The position numbers and the translations under genes are program-made. A DNA stretch of 64,000 nucleotides, taken from the NCBI GenBank assembly GCA_016178505.1, contig JACOTG010000048.1:5110-69109 (forward strand), given 5' to 3'. The DNA comes from Planctomycetota bacterium (GTDB lineage: Bacteria; Planctomycetota; JACOTG01). The notes under the pieces are model-generated. The model made no database searches and was not told the origin of the DNA. It was given only the letters and a program-made list of their open reading frames with translations. Below, in pieces: positions 47,421-55,799 of the stretch (the first letter of the stretch is position 1; each line of letters opens with the position of its first letter).

Positions 47421-48109
47421 GCAGGGTGCTCCTTCTGGAATCACTTAGTCTGGACCTAAGAACTAAGGCTCCGGCCGCGCTGGAAGCGTCCAGCCCAAGG
47501 ACGCACTCGCGGGGAGCTGAGAGCGGCACGACGAACTTGCTGCACGAGTCGCAGCAACTCGAAAGAGATCGATGGGAACCGATGCATCACGGAAGGAATC
47601 ACGACTCGAATCTGGACGAACAACCCAAGATGCGCTCCCACGAATGGAGGCACATTGCCAGTACCGAACGACGAGTCGCACGATGAAGATGAAGTCGAGT
47701 AACGTCATCAGACTTCTTTGCAAGACACTTCGCGAGGCGTGTGGCCGTGGCTGAAAAGCCCGCCTGTAGTCTTGAACTCCTTACTCTCAGGTGGTCTTCG
47801 GTTTTGCGGGTTGAGAACAAATTGAACGTCGCACAACGATGCGCCGCACTCTACAGAATCCGTTCATCGAGAACAAACGATTCCTTGGTGCTCGACGCTG
47901 CCTTTTCTTTGAAATCGTCGCTGCCGAGAAAATTGACGGATCGCGGCCGATCGCCCGTCGCGTCGGTGATTTCAGAGACGAGGCACGAGGTGGACTGGGA
48001 CTGTCATCGGCTCGGCGGCGCGGACGACTTGATGGTGTCGCGCGTTGCGTCGGCTCAGAGTGAACGGATGCCCGACGAGAAACGACGCATGTAAAAGTTG
48101 CCGCTCATC

Positions 48110-48688
48110 TCAGCGGATGTTCCGTGCACGCGAGATGTAAGAATTGCCGTCCGACTTTGGTCGAGAGAATTTTTTTCGAAGCGGGTCATTCGGCGTGTGA
48201 GTCGTCGCTCGAGCGCCGTCGATGAAACCGCGCAGCGCTGAAATCAATCGATCGGACGCCTGAGGTGCGAGGGCGCCGGAAGCGGTGAGCGTCGATAGTT
48301 CGTCGAGACGCGCATCGAGCTCGCGCTCGTCGAGCGCCACGGCAACCCATCCGAACTCGCGGAAGATTCGCGCCGTGGCGACTTGGTGATCGTTGCGCGT
48401 TTCTTGCAGGTCTCCGCGCCGCGGCATCACGAGGATCGGCTTTCCCATTTCGCGCGCCGTGATGATCGATCCCATTCCAGCGTGAGCGACGATGGCGGTC
48501 GCCGACCGAACCTTCTCGCGGAACTCCGATTGATCGAGGAATTTCGTCCATGCGATGTGTCGAGGATGCCAGTCGGTCGGCCCAATCTGGGCGAACGCAT
48601 CGCTGCGACCCTGTCGCAACGCCCACTCGTCGACGCCGCGCACGAGGCGATCAAAGGGCATTTGAGCGCCAACCGTCACGAAGATCAC
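48110..48688 (-). CDS. Alg13-like glycosyltransferase catalytic subunit (Glyco_tran_28_C, PssE-like)
   Basis: VIFVTVGAQMPFDRLV...AHAGMGSIITAREMGKPILVMPRR. GTG start overlaps the upstream stop (GTGA). Confidence 0.6.
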   Translation of the reverse strand: MIFVTVGAQMPFDRLVRGVDEWALRQGRSDAFAQIGPTDWHPRHIAWTKFLDQSEFREKVRSATAIVAHAGMGSIITAREMGKPILVMPRRGDLQETRNDHQVATARIFREFGWVAVALDERELDARLDELSTLTASGALAPQASDRLISALRGFIDGARATTHTPNDPLRKKFSRPKSDGNSYISRARNIR

Positions 48689-49161
48689 AGCACCGATCCT
48701 TCGAAGGCCGGGCCCATCGGCCGGGCGAGATGAGGCCATTGCGTCAACCACAGATCGACGAAGCGTCCGACTCGCTCGCCCGATAGGGAGAGGCGCTCGA
48801 CGTTCGCGATGCTGTCGATCCATACCGTCCTCGCACCGATCGACTTGGCGAGCAGGATCCCGATGAACCCCGGCGCCGCGCCCGTCGAGACCACGACGTG
48901 CGGGCGCTCGCGCAACAGGATCCACGCGAGCTGGAGCGCCAGTCTTGCGAGGCCGATCTTGTTCCATCGGGTGGCGTCGCTCACCACGTAGAAAGGCGAT
49001 GAGCCGACGTCGCCGCGATAGGTCGGGTTCACCGTCACGAACGATGCGCGATGCCCAGCGAACGCGGGACGCAAGCGCATCAATTGCACCCAATGTCCGC
49101 CCCCGGAGGCGATGGCGAGAATCTTCTTCGGCTCCATGGATTGCGACTTGCCAGCAATCAC
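48685..49161 (-). CDS. Alg14-like glycosyltransferase membrane subunit (PssD-like)
   Basis: KILAIASGGGHWVQL...VVSTGAAPGF pattern of Alg14-family proteins. Precedes the Alg13-like gene. Confidence 0.6.
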   Translation of the reverse strand: MIAGKSQSMEPKKILAIASGGGHWVQLMRLRPAFAGHRASFVTVNPTYRGDVGSSPFYVVSDATRWNKIGLARLALQLAWILLRERPHVVVSTGAAPGFIGILLAKSIGARTVWIDSIANVERLSLSGERVGRFVDLWLTQWPHLARPMGPAFEGSVL

Positions 49162-49264
49162 AGTTCCAAAGACCTCGACTTCGGCCCAAGGATCGACTCG
49201 GGCAAGGCGTTTGCTCCGCGGAGTCGGCGTGCTTGGCCTATCCCAGGGAAGCTATGGGAATCCC

Positions 49265-49963
49265 ATGACAGACGTCTCGGCGAACGGTCACGGAGTCCCG
49301 GAGCGACGGATCGTCAACATCATCTTTCACGGCGTCGGCGAACCGTCGCGCCCGCTCGAGCCGGATGCGGATGATCTGTGGCTGACACCGACGGCGTTCG
49401 CCACGATCCTCGACGGCGTTCGGGATCGCGATGATGTGCAGATCACCTTCGATGACGGCAATGCGTCCGACATCGAAGTCGCGCTTCCGGCGCTCGTGGC
49501 TCGCGATCTGACGGCCGAATTCTTCATCCTCGCGGGCAAGCTCGACGAGTCGGGCTATCTCAGTCGCGACGACGTCCGTGTCCTCGCGGAATCCGGCATG
49601 AGAATCGGCTCTCACGGCATGTTCCACCGACCGTGGCGAGGACTCAGCGAAGCCGCGTTGCGCGAGGAACTGGTCGACGCCCGCACGGAAATCGAACAAG
49701 TCGTCGGCGTCGCGATTCGCGACGCGGCTTGCCCGTTCGGCGCCTACGACCGTCGCGTCCTTCACCGGTTGCGCGAATCCGGCTACGAGCACGTCTTCAC
49801 CACGGATCCGGGCCCGGCCACGAGCGGCGCATGGCTTCAACCCCGCAACACGATTCGCCGAGGGCACGACCCTGCGGACGTCGGTCGCGTTCTCGATGGT
49901 TTCGCGAGTGGCAGCCCCGAGATCATTCGGTGGGTGAAGCTAGCAGTCAAACGTTGGCGTTGA
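49265..49963 (+). CDS. polysaccharide deacetylase (CE4/NodB-homology)
   Basis: VQITFDDGNASD motif and a downstream His motif. Start at Met52 of the six-frame ORF. Confidence 0.6.
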   Translation: MTDVSANGHGVPERRIVNIIFHGVGEPSRPLEPDADDLWLTPTAFATILDGVRDRDDVQITFDDGNASDIEVALPALVARDLTAEFFILAGKLDESGYLSRDDVRVLAESGMRIGSHGMFHRPWRGLSEAALREELVDARTEIEQVVGVAIRDAACPFGAYDRRVLHRLRESGYEHVFTTDPGPATSGAWLQPRNTIRRGHDPADVGRVLDGFASGSPEIIRWVKLAVKRWR

Positions 49964-50048
49964 GGCCTGGACAAGAGGCGAATCACGTGCGATCGGAACG
50001 ATCCGAGAGTCGAATGGAAGGCGAGGCGACGACCTCGCTCTGCGAGCC

Positions 50049-51095
50049 ATGCCGTCGATAGACGTCTCGATCATCGTCATCAGCTTCAATACACGCGATC
50101 TCACGCTTGCGTGCTTGAATTCGGTCTTCGAGCACACCTCGAGGATCTCCTATCAGGTGATCGTGGTCGACAACGCGTCGATCGACGGATCTCCGATCGA
50201 GATCGCGGCGAGATTCCCACAAGCGGATCTGATCGCGGTTGGCGACAACCTCGGATTCGCGCGCGGCAACAACCTTGCGGTCGAGCACGCGACGGGCAAG
50301 TATCTGCTCCTGCTGAACCCCGACACGATCGTCCTCGACCGCGCGATCGAGAAACTCCATGCGTTTGCCGAGCATCGCCCGGACGCCGGGATCTTCGGTG
50401 GCCGCACGCTCTTCCCCGATGGCTCGCTGAACCCTGCCTCCTGCTGGGGACGGCCGACTCCGTGGAGTGCGTTTTGTCTTGCGAGCGGACTCACGAGCGT
50501 CTTCCGCGGCACGAGGGCGTTCGACCCGGAGTCCCTCGGATGGTGGGCGCGCGACTATCCGCGTGAGGTTGACATCGTCACCGGCTGTTTCCTGCTGATG
50601 CGACGAGATCTGTGGGACCGGCTTGGTGGGTTCGACGACGCTTTCTTCATGTACGGCGAAGAGGCGGACCTGTGCCTCCGCGCGCGACGAGCTCGCGTGC
50701 GTTGCGTCATCTACCCCGAAGCTCAGATCATCCACTATGGCGGAGCGTCGGAACGCGTGCTCGAGGACAAGATGGTCCGACTTTTCAGTGCGAAGGCGCG
50801 GCTGTTTCGAAAGCACTGGAGTCCGATTGCAGCCCGATTCGGCGTGTTCACGCTCGACCTTTGGGCCTGGTCTCGCGCGATCGCTTTTGGCGTTCTCCAG
50901 CGCGTCCGCCCGGAGCGTGCCGCATCGCACGATACGTGGCGGGCCATTTGGCGGCGTCGCGCCGAGTGGCGACGGGATTCCGCGGCGATCCTCCAGCCGG
51001 CCGCCAGCGGCGATCGACGACCGATCCACGCCTCCGCATCACCCGAATCGAGCGTGGACGCGAGTGCGGGTCGTGCCGCTGCGAGAAGGGGATGA
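50049..51095 (+). CDS. family 2 glycosyltransferase
   Basis: VSIIVISFNTRDLTLACLNSV...VIVVDNASIDGS...DxD-like GT2-A fold motifs. Confidence 0.8.
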   Translation: MPSIDVSIIVISFNTRDLTLACLNSVFEHTSRISYQVIVVDNASIDGSPIEIAARFPQADLIAVGDNLGFARGNNLAVEHATGKYLLLLNPDTIVLDRAIEKLHAFAEHRPDAGIFGGRTLFPDGSLNPASCWGRPTPWSAFCLASGLTSVFRGTRAFDPESLGWWARDYPREVDIVTGCFLLMRRDLWDRLGGFDDAFFMYGEEADLCLRARRARVRCVIYPEAQIIHYGGASERVLEDKMVRLFSAKARLFRKHWSPIAARFGVFTLDLWAWSRAIAFGVLQRVRPERAASHDTWRAIWRRRAEWRRDSAAILQPAASGDRRPIHASASPESSVDASAGRAAARRG

Positions 51096-51123
51096 ACATC
51101 GTGTACGTGCAAGGAGAGCTCGA

Positions 51124-51873
51124 GTGATCACGATCTCAGCCATCACGGGGATATCGGCGGGGGTCGTCGGCGCTTGCGCCTATTTTGCCCCACAAGTCCT
51201 GCGCGTCCGAGACGAACGCGCGCTTCGCCAGCGTTGCGCGAGAAGCCGATCGCTGGTTCTGTCCTACGACGATGGACCCGGTGCGGAGCTCACTCCACGG
51301 CTTCTCGACGTGCTGGCGGGTGAGAGTGCGCGCGCGACGTTCTTCTTGCTCGGGGTTCGCGTCGCGAAGAACCCCGAGCTCGTAGACCGAATCGTCGAGG
51401 GCGGACACGAGGTCGGTTGCCATTCGCAGCAGCATCTCAACGCGTGGACGACGTGGCCATGGAAGGCGGTTGCGGACATCGACGCGGGATACCGCACTCT
51501 GTCACGTTGGATCTTCGACGATGCGCTCTTCCGTCCGGCCTATGGAAAGCTCTCGTTCGCGACGTGGCTCGTGGTGCGCCGCCGCGGCGCGGCCATCGGC
51601 TGGTGGACGATCGACTCCGGAGATACGCATAGCGTCGAGCCGAGCCCGCAGCAAGCTATCGATCAACTGAAGCGCGACGGCGGCGGCGTCGTCCTCCTCC
51701 ACGATTTCGACCGCTCTCCGAAACGCGCCGCGTTCGTGCTGCAAACGACCGAGCTCCTGCTACGAACCGCGAAACGGGAAGGGCTCATGGTGAGACGCCT
51801 CGGCGACGTGTTCGCCGATAGTGGACGGTGCGTTGCCGCTTCGAGACCCCCGGGAACGGGAGTTGCACGGTGA
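51124..51873 (+). CDS. polysaccharide deacetylase (CE4) with an N-terminal membrane anchor
   Basis: LSYDDGP...HEVGCHSQQH motifs. GTG start with RBS AAGGAG. The six-frame ORF 50623..51873 overlaps GT2 in another frame. Confidence 0.65.
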   Translation: MITISAITGISAGVVGACAYFAPQVLRVRDERALRQRCARSRSLVLSYDDGPGAELTPRLLDVLAGESARATFFLLGVRVAKNPELVDRIVEGGHEVGCHSQQHLNAWTTWPWKAVADIDAGYRTLSRWIFDDALFRPAYGKLSFATWLVVRRRGAAIGWWTIDSGDTHSVEPSPQQAIDQLKRDGGGVVLLHDFDRSPKRAAFVLQTTELLLRTAKREGLMVRRLGDVFADSGRCVAASRPPGTGVAR

Positions 51874-51880
51874 TTGCGCC

Positions 51881-53140
51881 ATGCAACCGCTGATGAACGC
51901 GACCGACGAGGCGCCAGCGATTTTCGCGGGCGATCGGCAGGCGACGAAAGGCAAGGTTGCCACGTGCGACGGCGTCGTCTGCTACGCGGGAGTCGACTGG
52001 TGGTACCACAACCGCGGACACAGCGAATGTCAGATCATCAGCCGGCTCGCGAAGCGTGTTCCGGTCGTTTGGGTGAACTCGATCGGCATGCGAACACCCG
52101 TCCTCGGCAAAACCGAGCTGGCGTTCCGCCGCTACTTTCGAAAGATCAAGAGCACACTCAAGGGTGTGCGGCGCGATCCTTCGGGGATGCGGGTCGTGAG
52201 CCCGCTTTTCATTCCTCGATACTCGAAGCGCGCCGTCGAGGCGAATGGAGTCCTTCTCTCTGCCCAGGTCCGGCTCTTGTGCCGCTGGCTCGGGATCCGC
52301 CGACCGTCCGCGTGGGTCACGGTCCCGACGACCGTGGCGGCGGTGGAACGCGGTCGTTGGCAAAGCATCGTGTTCAATCGCTGTGACGCGTTCTCGACGT
52401 TTCCGGAGGTGAACTCCAAGCTGATCCAGTCGCTCGAGCATCGTCTCCTCGACCGCGCGGATCACGTGATCTACGTCAACCGGCTCCTCTACGAACACGA
52501 GCGTCCGCGCGTCAAGAGCGCCGAGTACATCGGCCACGGCGTCGACTTCGACCATTTCGCGCGCGCGCGCTCCGCGCGGGACCGGCGCCTCGCGCCCGAC
52601 GCGATTCTCGCGCTGCACCGACCGATCATCGGGTACTACGGCTCGCTCGACGACTACACGATCGATCTCGACCTCCTCGTGAAGGTCGCGCGTCACGTGA
52701 GCCCCGCGACGCTTCTGCTCATCGGATTCGAGGCGATGGATCTCCGACGGCTTCTCGCGGAGCCCAACGTCGTGTATCTGGGGCCCGTGCCGTACGGGGA
52801 GCTTCCGGCGTACGCGGCGCAGTTCGACGTCGCGATCATGCCGTGGCAGCGGAACGAATGGATCGAAGGATGCAATCCGATCAAGCTCAAGGAGTATCTC
52901 GCGCTCGGATTCCCCATCGTGACGACGCGATTTCGTGAGCTCGAGCCCTACGAACACCTCGTCTACGCGGCGAACACTCACGAGGAGTTCCTGCGTGGCA
53001 TCGACCGCGCGCTCGTCGAGTGCGACTGCGATCTCGTGGCGTCGCGCCGTCGCGCCGTGGCTCAGGACAGTTGGGACGCGCTCGCCGACCGGGTCGCCGA
53101 TCTCCTGCTCGTCCCGCCTTCCGGAACGGTGGCCGTCTGA
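51881..53140 (+). CDS. glycosyltransferase, group 1 (GT4-like)
   Basis: C-terminal GCNPIKLKEYLALGFPIV (E-x7-E-like). The start is Met21, 8 nt after the upstream stop. Confidence 0.65.
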   Translation: MQPLMNATDEAPAIFAGDRQATKGKVATCDGVVCYAGVDWWYHNRGHSECQIISRLAKRVPVVWVNSIGMRTPVLGKTELAFRRYFRKIKSTLKGVRRDPSGMRVVSPLFIPRYSKRAVEANGVLLSAQVRLLCRWLGIRRPSAWVTVPTTVAAVERGRWQSIVFNRCDAFSTFPEVNSKLIQSLEHRLLDRADHVIYVNRLLYEHERPRVKSAEYIGHGVDFDHFARARSARDRRLAPDAILALHRPIIGYYGSLDDYTIDLDLLVKVARHVSPATLLLIGFEAMDLRRLLAEPNVVYLGPVPYGELPAYAAQFDVAIMPWQRNEWIEGCNPIKLKEYLALGFPIVTTRFRELEPYEHLVYAANTHEEFLRGIDRALVECDCDLVASRRRAVAQDSWDALADRVADLLLVPPSGTVAV

Positions 53141-55098
53141 TGTGCGGCATTGCCGGCTACGTCGACTTCGCATCCCGGAGGCCGTCTCCCGAAATCCTCG
53201 AGTCGATGACGCGATCGCTCGGTCACCGCGGGCCGGACGCGAGCGGCGTTCTCGTCGACGGCCCTTGCGGCCTCGCGCACACGCGACTGAGCATCATCGA
53301 TCTCGAGGGGAGCGCGCAACCCATGCGGGTCGCCGCGAGCGCCATCGCGCTCGTGTTCAACGGTGAGATCTACAACTACCGCGAACTCCGATCGAAGTTG
53401 GTTTCGGCCGGAATCGGATTCGAGACCAACGGGGATACGGAGGTCCTGCTGCGATGCGTCGACGGCGAATGGACGGACGCGTTGTCGCGGTTCGACGGAA
53501 TGTTCGCGTTCGCGGCGTGGGACCGCGTTCGCGAGCGGCTCCTCTTGGCGCGGGATCCGTTCGGCAAGAAGCCGCTCTTCTTCGCGACTCCGTCCCGAGG
53601 CACGCTCGTGTTCGGCAGCGAGATCAAGGCGGTGCTCCAACACCCGGCGGTCGATCGCGAGCTCGACGCCGATGCGCTGCGGCAGGCGCTTCGCTTCCGC
53701 GCGGTCTACGGAGTGCGTTCTCTGTATCGCGGCGTCCGTCAGCTCGAGCCGGGATGTTTCATCGAGTTCGACGCCGACGGTGTGCGGGCCGGCCGGTACT
53801 TCGACCTCAGTGAGCAAGTCGCGCTGGCTCGCGAGACGATGCATGGCCTCGACGATGACGCCCTCGTGCGCGAAGGCGGGCGGATCTTCGAAGGCGCCGT
53901 GCGAAAACGCCTGATCGCGGACGTGCCGGTCGGTGCGTTTCTCTCGGGCGGACTCGACTCGAGCCTCGTCGTTGCCGTCATGCGCGCCCTCCGCGCGCCG
54001 GAAGAGGAAGTTCGCACGTTCTCCGTTGGCTTCCGCAACGACCCCGGCGACGAGCTGCCGCACGCTCGCCTCGTCGCGCAGACGCTCGGCACGCGGCACA
54101 CGGAAGTCCCGCTCACGGAGTCGGACTACCAGAGTTCATTTGCCGACCTCACGGCCTGCCGCGACGCGCCCATCAGCGAGCCCGCCGACTTGGCGATCGC
54201 GCGGATGAGCGAGGTCGCTCGTCGCACCGTCAAGGTCGTCCTCTCGGGCGAGGGCTCGGACGAGGCATTTTGCGGGTACCCGAAGTATGCGTTCGCACGA
54301 ATGCCCGGCGCGCTGAGAGCCGGAATCCGATTCCTCGGGCCGGAGCGCGTGGCGACGTTCGCGGCCCGGCTGGGACTCGACCGCCGCCGCGCTCTCGTCG
54401 CCGCGCGTGCGCTTGCGCCCACCAACGAGCTGTCTCGTCTCGTCCAATGGTTCAGCGATTTCGACCGCATGACGCTCCGCACGTTGCTTCCCGGCCTCGA
54501 CTGGTCGGACGACAACTGGCGGGAGACGACTCGAAGCCAGCGCGAGGCTCTCGATCGTACGCGGCGCATTGGCGCATCCGCGGTCGTGCGAATGCAAGCG
54601 GTCGACTGTCTGACGTGGCTGCCTTGCAATCTTCTGGAACGCGGCGATCGCATGACGATGGCCGCGGGCCTCGAAGCGCGCGTGCCGTTTCTCGACAAGC
54701 AGCTCGTGCCGTTCGGCCTCGCGCTGCCCGACCGTTTCAAGGTGCGCGGCCGGACGCTCAAGTGGATCGTCCGGCAGTGGGCGCGAGACCGGATTCCTCC
54801 GTCGATCGTCCGCCGTCCGAAGTGGGGCTTCCGCGTGCCGCTCGCGAGCTGGTTCCGCGGCGACATGCGACCCATGCTCTTCGACTACCTCACCAACCCG
54901 CGGGGAGTGTGCGGGACGTGGGGCGATTCTCGGCGAGTGCAGGCTCTCCTCGAGTCGCACGATTCCGGGAGAGCCGACGCGAGCCTCGCGCTGTGGACGC
55001 TCCTCGCGACGGAGCTGTGGTACCAGGACGTCTTCCTGAACGCGCGCGTCGCTCATTTCCGTCCCGCTCCCGACGCTCGCATCGCCCATCTTGCGTAG
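53140..55098 (+). CDS. asnB: asparagine synthetase (glutamine-hydrolysing) family amidotransferase
   Basis: MCGIAGY N-terminal nucleophile Cys2, SGGLDSS PP-loop, about 650 aa. The start overlaps the upstream stop (TGATG). Confidence 0.85.
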   Translation: MCGIAGYVDFASRRPSPEILESMTRSLGHRGPDASGVLVDGPCGLAHTRLSIIDLEGSAQPMRVAASAIALVFNGEIYNYRELRSKLVSAGIGFETNGDTEVLLRCVDGEWTDALSRFDGMFAFAAWDRVRERLLLARDPFGKKPLFFATPSRGTLVFGSEIKAVLQHPAVDRELDADALRQALRFRAVYGVRSLYRGVRQLEPGCFIEFDADGVRAGRYFDLSEQVALARETMHGLDDDALVREGGRIFEGAVRKRLIADVPVGAFLSGGLDSSLVVAVMRALRAPEEEVRTFSVGFRNDPGDELPHARLVAQTLGTRHTEVPLTESDYQSSFADLTACRDAPISEPADLAIARMSEVARRTVKVVLSGEGSDEAFCGYPKYAFARMPGALRAGIRFLGPERVATFAARLGLDRRRALVAARALAPTNELSRLVQWFSDFDRMTLRTLLPGLDWSDDNWRETTRSQREALDRTRRIGASAVVRMQAVDCLTWLPCNLLERGDRMTMAAGLEARVPFLDKQLVPFGLALPDRFKVRGRTLKWIVRQWARDRIPPSIVRRPKWGFRVPLASWFRGDMRPMLFDYLTNPRGVCGTWGDSRRVQALLESHDSGRADASLALWTLLATELWYQDVFLNARVAHFRPAPDARIAHLA

Positions 55099-55137
55099 GC
55101 GCCGCTTCCGCCCGCGCAGACTTCGTCGAGCGTGGAC

Positions 55138-55676
55138 TTACTTGCGTTTCGGCTCGCGCGTGAAACCAATTCGACGGCGTCGCGTCTCGGGCGGCGGCGC
55201 CATCATCTCGCGAATCGCGTCGAACACGACGCGGAACCGTTCGTCGTAGTTCCGCTCCAGCTCGTCGAGCCTCTTCGCGAGATCGACGTGCGAGGCGAGG
55301 ATTCGTCGGAGTCGAACGAACGCGCGCACGATCTCGATGTTCACTTCTACGGCCCGTGGACTCTTCAGCACGGACGACAGCATGGCCACGCCCTGCTCCG
55401 TGAACGCGTAAGGCCGGTATCGGCGGCCGCCACGGACAGTCTTTGAGGTTCCAATTTGGAACCTCAAACGGTGGAACTCCTCCGCAGAGAGCTGAAACAT
55501 GAAGTCGCCCGGAATCGGCTGAGGTTTCGTGTCACCGCCTTGACCAGGTTCTTGGTTGCCACCTCGTAGAGCTCGGCGAGATCCACGTCGAGCATTACTG
55601 TCTGGCCGCGGATCGAGAGAATCCGCCTTTCAATGCGCTCCCCGGGGACGAGCGCAGTGGTCTTGCGTTCAGTCAA
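55138..55676 (-). pseudogene. ORF6N-domain protein gene disrupted by a -1 frameshift near 55500
   Basis: ORFs 55464..55676 (…[29 protein letters not shown]) and 55138..55500 ([20 protein letters not shown]…[19 protein letters not shown]…) are the N- and C-halves of one ORF6N domain in different frames. Confidence 0.6.
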
Positions 55677-55799
55677 GGGTCACGACCTCCGGGACCAATG
55701 GGAGCCGCAGAGATCGTCGACCGTCGCCGCGCGAAGTTGCAGGCGAAATCGGGACCCTCGCGCGAACATCTAGTGCCAATGCATCGACGGCGGCGACTC

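Noticed and set aside
47741-48094. 117-aa ORF in the low-GC spacer.
   Set aside because: Composition and hydropathy are not protein-like, and there is no RBS. Kept only as part of the spacer finding.
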